A DNA stretch of 64,000 bases from Clostridia bacterium. Lineage in GTDB: Bacteria > Bacillota > Clostridia > JAAYHZ01. This document shows, piece after piece, positions 38,342-48,751 of this stretch. The number at the start of each line of letters is the position of its first letter. The first letter of the stretch is position 1. Location of the stretch: positions 544,001-608,000 of the forward strand of contig JBMNIH010000004.1 of NCBI GenBank assembly GCA_050950825.1, in the 5' to 3' direction. Under the pieces are notes generated by a model. The model saw only the letters and a list, made by a program, of their open reading frames with translations. It did no database searches and was not told where the DNA came from. Both the position numbers and the translations under genes were made by a program.

Positions 38342-39532
38342 ATGGGTACTGCTGAAATAGTAGACATTGCAAGGAGCGTATGGAAAGCAATAATAATCAT
38401 TGTTCTTGCTTTCGCCGCTTTAAACTTTTTGATTCAGGCCCTTTTACGATGGGAAAAACGGTTTATGAACAGGATATTAAACCGGATCGAATATGAAAAT
38501 GAATTTGCCGTCAGTTATGCCCATGTAAACGATCTCATCTACATAAGAGAACGAGTCACCAATCGTAATGCCATCCCGCTGCCGAAAATAAGGGTGGATT
38601 TCAGCACACCGTCATCATTGGAATTTCCCGAAATCAAAACCGCATTAGTCAATACCTCAAGAGTCGTTACGAGCTTGTATTCATTAGGCTCCGATCAAAG
38701 AGTTCTTCGTAACCGATCCGTTAAATGTACGACGAGAGGTTTTTATGATATTAAAGGCGCCAGTGTTACCGTTCGAGGATTCATATCCGGCGCACTGTTT
38801 TCCCGTGCCGTGGAGATCAATGCCAAGCTTTGGGTTTATCCCGAATTCATCGACATGCGAACCCTGTATCAATTCAGCTCCAGCCCCATGGGGGATGTGA
38901 TTGTTCGTCGGTGGATCATGGAGGACCCTTTTTTATACTCCGGAGTTCGCGTGTATCGTCCCGGAGACGCTTTTAAGAAGATCCACTGGGGGTTGACGGC
39001 AAAAAATCGAGAAATCATGGTAAGACAAAACGATTACACATCGGAGATGAAATTGTGCGTAGCCTTGAATATCCAACCGTCACCAGTGCTTTACGGAAAC
39101 ATTGTCGATAAAACCATAGCCGAAACCGGAATCAAGGTTGCCGCCACACTCGTAGACCAAGCGACGGAGGTCAATGCTCCGGTTAGCTTTATTTGCAATT
39201 CCATACGAAGAGGCAGCAGAAACGCCATTGAAGTCATTGATTACGGAAAAGGCAAAAAGCATTTTGCGTATATCATGGAGAATATGGCCCAGCTTATGAT
39301 CAATAACAGCAGGACCTTAGAAGAATTGGTGGATTACCTCTATGAGAACATTTCCGATAGCGCTATTGTCATTGTCACGCATTATGTGAACTATAACGTT
39401 TTGCACTCCGCGGGACGTTTAAGCGGAAAAGGGAATAAGGTTCAGTTTATTGTTTTGGACGACGAATATAAATACAACGATATTCGAATGAATACGGACA
39501 TTGTATTTTTGAGTATGAAGAATGCCGTATAA
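38342..39532 (+). CDS. DUF58 domain protein
   Basis: GVRVYRPGDAFKKIHWGLTAK motif. Confidence 0.85.
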   Translation: MGTAEIVDIARSVWKAIIIIVLAFAALNFLIQALLRWEKRFMNRILNRIEYENEFAVSYAHVNDLIYIRERVTNRNAIPLPKIRVDFSTPSSLEFPEIKTALVNTSRVVTSLYSLGSDQRVLRNRSVKCTTRGFYDIKGASVTVRGFISGALFSRAVEINAKLWVYPEFIDMRTLYQFSSSPMGDVIVRRWIMEDPFLYSGVRVYRPGDAFKKIHWGLTAKNREIMVRQNDYTSEMKLCVALNIQPSPVLYGNIVDKTIAETGIKVAATLVDQATEVNAPVSFICNSIRRGSRNAIEVIDYGKGKKHFAYIMENMAQLMINNSRTLEELVDYLYENISDSAIVIVTHYVNYNVLHSAGRLSGKGNKVQFIVLDDEYKYNDIRMNTDIVFLSMKNAV

Positions 39533-39564
39533 TGCATATATATGATGAAAGGGAGTAAGGTGCC

Positions 39565-40686
39565 GTGAGACAGGTATCGTATAACAAAAAAGGCCAGAAA
39601 ATTGTAACCGTTACCTTTGATCCTTATTTTTTAACGGTTATGATGATTTTTTGCAGCCTCTATCCGTTCGTTTTAGGGTTGACCACCGTAACGCGGTTGG
39701 ATGTAGGAAAACCCATTTACATTATCCCTCTTTTGTTATTCGCTGTAGCGCGCTTTTTGACCTATTTGGACGAAACGGACCAAAAAGGAAAATACTCATT
39801 CAAAGTAAAAGGAGTAAAAATTCCGATCAAGTATTTGACACTGCCTTTACCCTTTGTGTTTATGCTGGTGAACTTTAACGCCTATACGTTAAAAAGTCCC
39901 GTTGTTTTTCTCATTGATTGGATCGTTCTGAGCGTTTTTTACTACTTCAGCTTGATTTCAAAAAAGAATGCAACGAAACTGCTGAAGATGTTCCATTTCT
40001 TTCTCGGACTCCTCTTTTGCGTCGGTGGGTTTTATATCTCTCTTCGGCTGTCGACGGATTTGGCCGTTTCACTGTCTTTCCTTTGCTTGATAACGTATTT
40101 TATAGGAATGCTTTTAATCGGCGCCAAACAAATCAGCATCAACACCTCGGCGGTCAAGGAAATGGTGGAGAAGTTTTTACGCTTTGTGAGGAATTTGTTG
40201 CGGCAAATCGGAAGGATTCTGTCACCGAAGCAAAACTTTTATCGTTTTATGAACTTTTTAACAAAGAGAAACCAGAAGAATACCATAGCCTATGATGATA
40301 TAATTGAAGATATCGATAATGGAAAAATATACGAAGATATCAACGAGCATCCGAAATATTATTTCAAGAATATTCGAAAGTTTATCAACTTGATGCTCAA
40401 AATTCGATATTCCTATGCATATGTATTGTACAGCTTCAATGAATGCGGTATACCGGTAGACAAAACCGATACACCTTCCCAGTTGAAAGGACGATTAAAG
40501 AAGGAATATGATCGTACCGACGAACATTATGTATTCAACAATTATTTTTCACGGCTCACTTCCATATATGAAATCGTACGATACGGAGAAAAACTGCCGG
40601 ATCCTTCCGAATATGCCGATATCGAAAATGATGTCAAAAGTACGGTACGATTGGCAAAGACCATTGTAAAAAAGAGCGTTAAGTAG
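39565..40686 (+). CDS. Polytopic membrane protein with a DUF4129-like C-terminus
   Basis: About six TMs; DTPSQL...LTSIYEIVRYG motif. Confidence 0.6.
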   Translation: MRQVSYNKKGQKIVTVTFDPYFLTVMMIFCSLYPFVLGLTTVTRLDVGKPIYIIPLLLFAVARFLTYLDETDQKGKYSFKVKGVKIPIKYLTLPLPFVFMLVNFNAYTLKSPVVFLIDWIVLSVFYYFSLISKKNATKLLKMFHFFLGLLFCVGGFYISLRLSTDLAVSLSFLCLITYFIGMLLIGAKQISINTSAVKEMVEKFLRFVRNLLRQIGRILSPKQNFYRFMNFLTKRNQKNTIAYDDIIEDIDNGKIYEDINEHPKYYFKNIRKFINLMLKIRYSYAYVLYSFNECGIPVDKTDTPSQLKGRLKKEYDRTDEHYVFNNYFSRLTSIYEIVRYGEKLPDPSEYADIENDVKSTVRLAKTIVKKSVK

Positions 40687-40740
40687 AAAAACGAGCTTCA
40701 TAAATTTGTACAAAAATTTTGCTATATTTTCGATTTTTAA

Positions 40741-40769
40741 TTGACAAAATCGATTTTTGTCGTTATTAT
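40741..40769 (+). promoter_or_regulatory. SigmaA-type promoter TTGACA-N17-TATTAT with an overlapping palindrome
   Basis: TTGACAAAATCGATTTTTGTCGTTATTAT. Confidence 0.5.
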
Positions 40770-40999
40770 ATTGAATAGTTAGAAATTGTTTTTGATTTTT
40801 TTAGTGTAGGAAAGCTATATATTTATATAATTTCGTATATTTATACAGTTTATTTTGCATAAAGTTTATGATATAATCACGAGCAAGAAACAATCCATTC
40901 ATTCACCTTCCGTTTGTATGATGTTAACCGCTTGCTTTCACAAGGTTAAAATTTTTTCATACGGAAGGTTTTTTTTGTACGAATTAAATAGGGGCGCAT

Positions 41000-41851
41000 A
41001 TGACGATAAAAAACGAGAATCTTTTTAAAACCTTGGTAATATCGGATTTGGACGGAACACTGTTGAATAACGAAAAAAGAATTACGGAATATACCGAAAA
41101 GACCCTCAATCGATTAATCGGCTGCGGGATGAATTTTAGCATTGCTACCGCTCGAACGGCGGCTACGGTACAAAAGCTTCTTTCGAGTATTCATGTGAAT
41201 ATACCGGTGATTTTAATGAACGGTGTATGCGTATATGATCTTCATACGCAAAAATATGTGCATATGGAATCCATGGCAAGGGATGCGGTGAAAAAGCTGA
41301 TCGATGCCGTGACTCCGTTACAATCCTCCGGATTTTTATATGCCATTCAAGACCATGAATTGTTCACGTTTTACGAGAACGATGCTTCGCCTCATGCGAC
41401 GGAGTTTATACGGGAACGAAAAGAAGGTTACGGCAAAGTTTTCACGAAGGTTCGTTCCTTTTACGATTGCTTGGATTTCAACCTTGTCTATTATTCCGTA
41501 GCCGACAGCAAAGAAAACCTTGCGGATGTGTATCGGAAAATTGAATCCGTAAACGAGCTTCGGGCGGAATTCTACAAAGATACCTACAATGAGGGTTATT
41601 GGTATTTGGAAGTATGCTCGCGCAACGCATCCAAAAGCCATGCCGTGGAGTTCCTTCGCAAAGCATACGGCTTTCAGCTGGTTTTCGGATTCGGTGACAA
41701 TTTGAACGATCTGCCCCTTTTTAAAGCCTGCGACCAAAGCTTTGCCGTTATGAATGCGGCACCGGAGGTTAAAGCAAAAGCGTCCCTTGTGATCGAAAGC
41801 AACCAAGAGGACGGTGTTGCCAAATGGCTGGAGCAAAATATAAGGTTATAG
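41000..41851 (+). CDS. Cof-type HAD-IIB hydrolase
   Basis: DLDGTLL, ATAR, SK, GDNLND, NA...DGVA. Confidence 0.92.
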   Translation: MTIKNENLFKTLVISDLDGTLLNNEKRITEYTEKTLNRLIGCGMNFSIATARTAATVQKLLSSIHVNIPVILMNGVCVYDLHTQKYVHMESMARDAVKKLIDAVTPLQSSGFLYAIQDHELFTFYENDASPHATEFIRERKEGYGKVFTKVRSFYDCLDFNLVYYSVADSKENLADVYRKIESVNELRAEFYKDTYNEGYWYLEVCSRNASKSHAVEFLRKAYGFQLVFGFGDNLNDLPLFKACDQSFAVMNAAPEVKAKASLVIESNQEDGVAKWLEQNIRL

Positions 41852-42007
41852 ATTGCATGCTATAATCGGACACGGAATGTATTCATCGGACCTTTAATTG
41901 TATTTCCATTCCTCCCGTTTATTCTATATAATGGATATGATTTAAGCTTTGTGTAAGGCTTTACACAGGGAATGTTCGATTATGTTCAAAAAGGGGGATT
42001 ACATTCC

Positions 42008-45000
42008 ATGAAACATCGAATCTCTGTCATACTTTTGTTTTCTTTTCTGCTGCCGCTGCTGTCCGGCTGTACGAATGATACGGACCTATCTTTTGCGGAT
42101 TCCGGCAATGACCTTCCGTTTTATGCATACTCCTTGTACTGTCTTCACATCGAAGACCAAAAATCCGATCAAGAAATACTTGAATACATGGATAACATAC
42201 CTTCTTATTCCGTATCCAAAAGATTCTACACGGGAGAAGACCTCGGATACAAGGATTCATTCAAAATGGCAGAAGACGGTAAGTTTTTATATATCAAATT
42301 GTTCTATGAAAACGTATACGAACACAGCGAATCGAAGAACAAGCAGCACGTCTTGCTTTTCCGAGCGCAAAATGCCGGGATTATCCATACCGTTCCCGTG
42401 GTCTATTACGAAGACCGGCGTGTAAACTTGGAGTTTAAACAGGCATCGGAAAGAATATTCGGGACGGCGGATATTGAAACAAGGGAGACGGAGGAAGGCT
42501 TTGAAGCCTTCGTGAAAATTCCCTTGCAGGACTTGGAAATCGATCTTGATAAGCTTCAAATGAATGTTCTTCGAATCGATTGGGGAGCCAATCCCATGGC
42601 ATCCTATTTCCCCGTTGAAAGCTCTTACTTCTTCGATTCTTCAGGGAATGCCATACATGTCGTCGTCTTTTTAGGAGACCAAGGTCGCTTCGTAAACGTA
42701 AAATATTCGGACAGCATAAAGGATAAAGATTTTGAAAGACCTCAAATCGAGATAAAGTGTATCGGGGTGAACAAACAGCAAATTTTCGTTAAAGGAATAA
42801 GGAACGATTATCGTTTGCTTTGGGAGACTCCCGAGGGAAAGACGGCCGAGCTTTCGGCGGACATAAAGAGGGGCAAGGGGGTCGATGTATTGACCTTCGA
42901 GCATCCTCCGGTTTCGGAGGAAGGAGTATACCGGATTCATTTAGGGGATAAAAAGGAGACGGTTCTTTGTGTAGAGAAAAGATTCTTTATTCAGGCGGCG
43001 AATCAAAACGTCATAGCGGAAGAAATCGAGAAAAAGGATGTGGATATCAATAAAATAAGCGACAGGGCAAAGCTTATGTTGGATATCGTTCCGCCCTATG
43101 CGGGCATCATCACCATTCCGGATCCGAAGGATACTACCCTTTGGCCGTACAGCACATTTTCTTATTCCATTTTAAATCCGTATCATATTAAGTCCAACAA
43201 AACCGGCGATTTGTATCCGGACCCGGATCAATTTCCCGAGACGAATGTTGCAAGAATCGATAACGGAAATGGCCGGATTGTGGAATATCCGTACTATTTA
43301 AGCCCTGACGGTGCCGTCTGCTACTTAACCCCTGCTCTTTGGGCGGGGCAAAAAGAATACGTTTTAGTGAATTTGCCCGAGTTGGCCAAATCGGACCCGG
43401 CGGGAGCCGCTTACGTATTGGCAAAAATTTGCGAGCACTATCCGGATTATTCGCCCGCCATCGAATACTACTTTACGAGTTATCCCATACCGAAAGCGGC
43501 GGGACCTCCTTACGCCTATTACGGAGGATTTTGGACGCGGTGGTTTTACGGCGATTTGTATATGGTCGCATCCGTTGCCGAAGCTTATGCCGAGGTCCGA
43601 AAAACCAACGCTCTTGATAAGCTAAGGGCGGAAACCGGCAGAGATTTGGAAAAAGAGATTTTGGAGATAATTCAAGAAGGAATCGACATATCCGATTCCT
43701 ACGGAATACAAAATACGAATATGGATGCAAGCCAATGGGAAGGGTTGATTCGAATCGGAAAAGCTTTAAATAACCCCGACTATATCCATCGCGCCTTGGA
43801 GCGAATCGAGCCCTTTATACGAAACAACTACTTGTTTGACGGCTTTTGGATGGAAGTAACGTTATCCTATCACAGGCAAATTACCGGAGGTTTATACCGG
43901 GTTTTATCTTTGATCACCAACTACAGCGACCCGGAAGGCTATATTTACCCGGGAACGGGGAAGAGAATCGATCGTTTTCGATTTTTGGAGCTTTTCCCCA
44001 TATTACGGCAATCCCAAGCCGTAACCGGTATATTGTCCTTTCCTAACGGCCGATACCCTTCCGTACAGGATACCCATGCAACGGATTACGGATCCACGGT
44101 ACCGCAGACCTTGGATGACATATTGATGCCGGCTTCGGGAATCGCTCGGCTGACCGGAAACACCAATGCTCTTAAGAATGTACAAACCCATGCGCTGATG
44201 TTGTTTACTCCTAAATACGGGCACAGCCATGACGACGCTTTGTCCATGACTCTTCATGCGTACGGCGTGGAAGTACTGCCGGATTTGGGGTACACCCATA
44301 CCTATAACCGAGCTTGGACCATATCCACCTTCTCCCATAACACCGTAACGGTAAACAAAATGGATTCGAGAAGTAAAGACGGAGGAAATATATTGCGATT
44401 CGTTCCTTCGAATAATTCCGTAGGGGTCGTAAGAGCCTATGACCCGGAAGCCTACCCCGAAATTGATATCTATGACAGGGAAATGATCTTTGTACCTTTG
44501 CAAAAGGACGGTCCGGAAGGATATGTTTTGGATATCTTCCGAGTCAAAGGCGGTACTTGCCACGAATACTCCTTGAATATGTGCGCCGATTACGATTATA
44601 ACCTTTCAACCGATGTAGCTTGGGAGGATGCTTCCGAAACCATGCTGCCGGAAGGCGTAAAGTACGTAAAGCCTGCAAGCGAAACGTCTTCGGGAGACGC
44701 CTCCGGTCATTACAAAGCCTATATGTACGTACAGGACGTACAATCCGCTCCCTTGGAGAACAGATCCTTTTCTTTGTCGTATGAAATAACGGATGTTATG
44801 CAAGAAGGTGCGGGACTGAAAATTCTCGGTGCAAAAAACTCGGGAACACTGTTATTGGGAAAGGCTCCTTCCATGAGAGCAACCCGACAAAAAGTGGAGT
44901 ATGATACCAACGACCGCTGCGACGACTACTTCATGGATAAAATGGTGCTAAGAAGAGAGGGTGAAGATGTATCTTCCGTCTTTGTAACGCTTTTAGAGCC

Positions 45001-45592
45001 CTTTTCACGGCGCTATCCTTCACGGGTCCGGAAAATCGAAAAGCTTGAAGCCGACGGTTTAGGTGAGTTCGACGTAGCGGTAAAGGTGGTAACCGAGGAG
45101 TATACCGACTATATCTTCAGTGCATATCAAGAACCGATCCGTGTGGAAATCGACAGCATTCTCTTTCAAGGTCGATGTGGTTTTGTAAGAGTGCAAGACA
45201 AAAAGGTTCTCTACATGGAAGGAATGGATGCGGAAATGTTACGGTACGGCGAGCTTTCTCTTACCGAGAATCGGTCCTGCGAAGGTGTCATTCAGAAAGT
45301 GTATGCCAAATCCCGAAAGGATTCGTTTAACGGTTTTGCAACGGATATCAAGCCGGAGGAGGGACTGAAAGGAAAATATATCATTGTAATGCATCCGGAC
45401 GGTACGACGAACGGATATGAAATCAAGAAGATTACGGAAGAAGACGGACAATTTATTGTCGATATAGGCGATATGGAACCGGGATTTCAATTTACGGATG
45501 AAGATTCAACGGAAATGACACATTATCCTTTCAAAAAACGGGAGGGGACCGTGCGGTTTGTCATTTACGATGTTCAAAATCTACGGCCTTAA
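42008..45592 (+). CDS. Large lipoprotein with a heparinase II/III-like polysaccharide lyase domain
   Basis: Lipobox LSGC; DGFWMEVTLSYH, GHSHDDALS, DLGY, HNTVTVN motifs. Confidence 0.8.
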   Translation: MKHRISVILLFSFLLPLLSGCTNDTDLSFADSGNDLPFYAYSLYCLHIEDQKSDQEILEYMDNIPSYSVSKRFYTGEDLGYKDSFKMAEDGKFLYIKLFYENVYEHSESKNKQHVLLFRAQNAGIIHTVPVVYYEDRRVNLEFKQASERIFGTADIETRETEEGFEAFVKIPLQDLEIDLDKLQMNVLRIDWGANPMASYFPVESSYFFDSSGNAIHVVVFLGDQGRFVNVKYSDSIKDKDFERPQIEIKCIGVNKQQIFVKGIRNDYRLLWETPEGKTAELSADIKRGKGVDVLTFEHPPVSEEGVYRIHLGDKKETVLCVEKRFFIQAANQNVIAEEIEKKDVDINKISDRAKLMLDIVPPYAGIITIPDPKDTTLWPYSTFSYSILNPYHIKSNKTGDLYPDPDQFPETNVARIDNGNGRIVEYPYYLSPDGAVCYLTPALWAGQKEYVLVNLPELAKSDPAGAAYVLAKICEHYPDYSPAIEYYFTSYPIPKAAGPPYAYYGGFWTRWFYGDLYMVASVAEAYAEVRKTNALDKLRAETGRDLEKEILEIIQEGIDISDSYGIQNTNMDASQWEGLIRIGKALNNPDYIHRALERIEPFIRNNYLFDGFWMEVTLSYHRQITGGLYRVLSLITNYSDPEGYIYPGTGKRIDRFRFLELFPILRQSQAVTGILSFPNGRYPSVQDTHATDYGSTVPQTLDDILMPASGIARLTGNTNALKNVQTHALMLFTPKYGHSHDDALSMTLHAYGVEVLPDLGYTHTYNRAWTISTFSHNTVTVNKMDSRSKDGGNILRFVPSNNSVGVVRAYDPEAYPEIDIYDREMIFVPLQKDGPEGYVLDIFRVKGGTCHEYSLNMCADYDYNLSTDVAWEDASETMLPEGVKYVKPASETSSGDASGHYKAYMYVQDVQSAPLENRSFSLSYEITDVMQEGAGLKILGAKNSGTLLLGKAPSMRATRQKVEYDTNDRCDDYFMDKMVLRREGEDVSSVFVTLLEPFSRRYPSRVRKIEKLEADGLGEFDVAVKVVTEEYTDYIFSAYQEPIRVEIDSILFQGRCGFVRVQDKKVLYMEGMDAEMLRYGELSLTENRSCEGVIQKVYAKSRKDSFNGFATDIKPEEGLKGKYIIVMHPDGTTNGYEIKKITEEDGQFIVDIGDMEPGFQFTDEDSTEMTHYPFKKREGTVRFVIYDVQNLRP

Positions 45593-45610
45593 TTCGAAAT
45601 AAAAACAAAT

Positions 45611-45652
45611 AAAAAAGAACTCCGTCTTTTTTACGAGCGGAGTTCCTTTCTT
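45611..45652. terminator. Bidirectional terminator between convergent genes
   Basis: GAACTCCG...CGGAGTTC flanked by A and T runs. Confidence 0.65.
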
Positions 45653-45665
45653 TCGATAGGAAATA

Positions 45666-46847
45666 TTAAAACACTTCTTTTGCGAGCTTTTCGAAAGCGG
45701 GCAGCGATCGTTCGATCATTTCATAATCTACGCAATAAGTAAGCCTTAAATAGCCGCCGCATCCGAATCCGGATCCGGGAACGATAATGAGGTTATACTT
45801 TAACGCCAATTTCGTAAAAGCCACGTCATCCGGGATAGGGGATTCCGGGAACAAATAGAAAGCGCCTTCCGGTTTGATGCATTTGAAACCTAAATCGACT
45901 AAAGCGTTGTATAAAAGATCCCGTCTTTTTTTGTAGTATTCAACGTCAATGGATTCGTTAATGCAATCGATGACTATGTGCTGCCCTACGGCGGGAGCAT
46001 TGACATAGCCTAATGTTCGGTTGCAGAAAATGAGAGCGTCCATTAACAAATCGGCATTGTCGATTTCCGGGGAAACGGCGATGTAGCCGATGCGTTCTCC
46101 CGGTACGGCCAAGGATTTGCTGAAGGAATTTACGGAAATGGCGTTTTTAAAGAAATTGAATACGGAAGGCACCTTTTTACCGTCATAGACGATTTTTACG
46201 TAGGGTTCGTCGGCAATGACGAAAATTTGGGTTCCGTATTTCTTCTTGGCGGCGGTAATGACATCGTTCATTCCTTTTAGCATGTCTTCTTTGTATATAA
46301 CTCCCGTCGGATTGTTGGGAGAATTGTACATCACGACTTTGGTTTTTTCGTTAATCAGCTTCTCAAGCTTTGCCAAATCGGGCATGAAGGTATCGTGTAT
46401 GGTGTCGCAAACCGTCAATTTTCCGCCGTGATTATCCACGTAGAAACCGTATTCGACAAAATACGGAGAAAAGACGATGACTTCTTCGCCCGGATTTAAT
46501 AAAGATTTGAACAAAACATTCAAAGCGCCTCCGGCTCCGCAGGTCATAATGACGTGGGAAGGAGGGATGTCCTTTTTACTTTCTTTCGATAAGCTGTCGG
46601 CAACGGCTTTTCTCGCTTGCCAATAACCGGCATTGCTCATGTAGCGAAACATGCCGGTCTCTTCTTCGCTTGCAAGTCTTTTTAATGTTTCTTTCACGGA
46701 CCGAGGAGGTTCGATCACCGGGTTTCCCAAACTGAAATCAAAAACATTTTCGGCCCCGACTTTGGCTTTCAGCTTTTCTCCTTCTTCGAACATGGAGCGA
46801 ATAAAAGATGCTCGTGTAAGATTTTGTACGATTTTATCCGAAAACAT
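45666..46847 (-). CDS. PLP-dependent class I/II aminotransferase (aspartate aminotransferase-like)
   Basis: FDFSLGNP, NSPNNPTG, DEPY, SFSKSLAVPGERIG. Confidence 0.93.
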   Translation of the reverse strand: MFSDKIVQNLTRASFIRSMFEEGEKLKAKVGAENVFDFSLGNPVIEPPRSVKETLKRLASEEETGMFRYMSNAGYWQARKAVADSLSKESKKDIPPSHVIMTCGAGGALNVLFKSLLNPGEEVIVFSPYFVEYGFYVDNHGGKLTVCDTIHDTFMPDLAKLEKLINEKTKVVMYNSPNNPTGVIYKEDMLKGMNDVITAAKKKYGTQIFVIADEPYVKIVYDGKKVPSVFNFFKNAISVNSFSKSLAVPGERIGYIAVSPEIDNADLLMDALIFCNRTLGYVNAPAVGQHIVIDCINESIDVEYYKKRRDLLYNALVDLGFKCIKPEGAFYLFPESPIPDDVAFTKLALKYNLIIVPGSGFGCGGYLRLTYCVDYEMIERSLPAFEKLAKEVF

Positions 46848-47141
46848 GATATGCACCTCTTTAGAGCAGTCCTGACTACTGCAAAACCTTTCCTTAAATT
46901 TATGATATAGTTTACTCCAAAACGTGGAAAGTTGCAATTCCAAAAATGATTCCTTTCAGAATTGCCGAATCACCCTTCATTGAAAAGATAGAGTAAATCT
47001 TACCGAGCCAACGGCCTTAAGATTTACCGTCGACACGGATGAAGGAGAATCGAAAAATACCTACAGAATTCCCTTATTGAAATAGCTTTGCAAGACCGGT
47101 AAGATTGTGTTGTTAAAGTCATATTGAAAAGAGGTGCGGCC

Positions 47142-47951
47142 GTGTATTTTTTAAAAGAACAGCTGAAGTTATTTGAATGCAACAAGGTTGTTAACTGGCA
47201 CGAACATGTACGAGACAACAACCGAGGACAGCTGGACGAAGAACAATGCGACTTTTTGGTGGAAGCGGCGAAGAGAGCATATATGGATGTTTTGGTGGTT
47301 TCGAGGCCGATTTCGGGGGGAAGCCCCACACCGGAAATGTTTCGAGCCAAGAATAATGTGGTTGCGGCGGCCATGAAAAGGTATCCGCAGATTATTAAAG
47401 GTATGGCTTACGTCAATCCCGGATACATGAAGGAGTCGTTGTACGAAATCGACCGTTGCATTAAAGAATTGGGCATGACCGGAATTAAGCTTTACAACCA
47501 ATATTTCATTTCCGATCCGGTTGTACGGCCGGTTATTGAAAAATGCATTGAATTGGATATACCGATCTTGAGCCATGCCGGGAAATTAAATACCGTTCCG
47601 AATCCCCAGCCTACCATCTCCGACGGCACTCATTTTGCCGAGGCTGCAAGGAATTATCCCGAAGCCGTGTTCGTCTACGGACACATCGGAGGCGGCGGAG
47701 ATTGGCAGTGGTCCTTAAAAGCCATTGCGGATTACCCGAATGTTTACGCCGACATCAGCGGCAGTGTTTACGACGAAGGAATCATTGAACAAGCCGTGAG
47801 CTATTTAGGAGCCGGAAGGCTTTTGTTTGCAACGGACGGGTCCTTCTCCCAAGGTATCGGAAAGCTTTTGGGAGCGAATATCTCTCAAGAGGACAAGATT
47901 ACCATTTTGAACAATCCTGCATTTGCTCGGTATCTCGAAAGGGGGCTCTGA
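47142..47951 (+). CDS. Amidohydrolase_2 family protein
   Basis: WHEH, GIKL, PILSH, GHIGG, RLLFATD. Confidence 0.85.
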   Translation: MYFLKEQLKLFECNKVVNWHEHVRDNNRGQLDEEQCDFLVEAAKRAYMDVLVVSRPISGGSPTPEMFRAKNNVVAAAMKRYPQIIKGMAYVNPGYMKESLYEIDRCIKELGMTGIKLYNQYFISDPVVRPVIEKCIELDIPILSHAGKLNTVPNPQPTISDGTHFAEAARNYPEAVFVYGHIGGGGDWQWSLKAIADYPNVYADISGSVYDEGIIEQAVSYLGAGRLLFATDGSFSQGIGKLLGANISQEDKITILNNPAFARYLERGL

Positions 47952-47953
47952 TC

Positions 47954-48751
47954 ATGATTTACGATGTTAATACCTATATCGGACACTGGCCGTTTCGAAA
48001 GATTCGAAACAATACGCCGGAAGAATTGGTGAAAAAAATGGATGAAGTCGGCATATCGGTAGCTTGCGTTTCTTCGGTTCATTCCGTTTTCTACAAAGAC
48101 GCGATGGAAGGAAATACGGAGCTTGCGGAAGAAACTCGACCCTACAAAGACCGTCTTTTGCCCTTTGCCATTATCAATCCTTTGTATCCCGCTTGGAAAA
48201 AGGACTTTTTAACCTGTATTGAAAAAATGAACATGAAGGGTTTGGAGCTTTATCCGTATTACCACCGATACGACTTGAATTGTCCCGAAGCGGTGGAATT
48301 GGTCCGGATGGCAGGGGATTTGGGAATCCCGGTCCACCTTCCTTGCGCTATCGTGAATGTAAGGCAAAGGCATTGGATGGATACCAACGAGAACCTGAAT
48401 ATCGGACAAGTGGAACGACTTATGGAATTATGCCCCGACACCGACATTATAATCACCAACGGTCCCTCCGAACAGATTGCGGCAAAACTGAAAAAAGCTA
48501 CCCAAGGGCGAAAGGGAAAGGTATTCTATGATTTTGCCCGAGTGGAAGTATTTCCGGTACGAGGTCAAAAAACAAACTTTCAAGCATTAGTGGAAGCGGC
48601 CGGTGTCGACCGAATCGTTTTCGGCTCCTGCTTGCCCTTCCAGTACGCGGAACCTCAGATGGTTCGTTTGAATCAAATGGGCTTGAAAGACGAGGACATG
48701 GAAAAGATACTTTATAAAAATTTGCAAACGTTATTGACGGAGAAGAAATAA
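47954..48751 (+). CDS. Amidohydrolase_2 family protein with a degenerate metal site
   Basis: DVNTYIGHWPFR, LYPYYH, RIVFGS. Confidence 0.8.
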   Translation: MIYDVNTYIGHWPFRKIRNNTPEELVKKMDEVGISVACVSSVHSVFYKDAMEGNTELAEETRPYKDRLLPFAIINPLYPAWKKDFLTCIEKMNMKGLELYPYYHRYDLNCPEAVELVRMAGDLGIPVHLPCAIVNVRQRHWMDTNENLNIGQVERLMELCPDTDIIITNGPSEQIAAKLKKATQGRKGKVFYDFARVEVFPVRGQKTNFQALVEAAGVDRIVFGSCLPFQYAEPQMVRLNQMGLKDEDMEKILYKNLQTLLTEKK

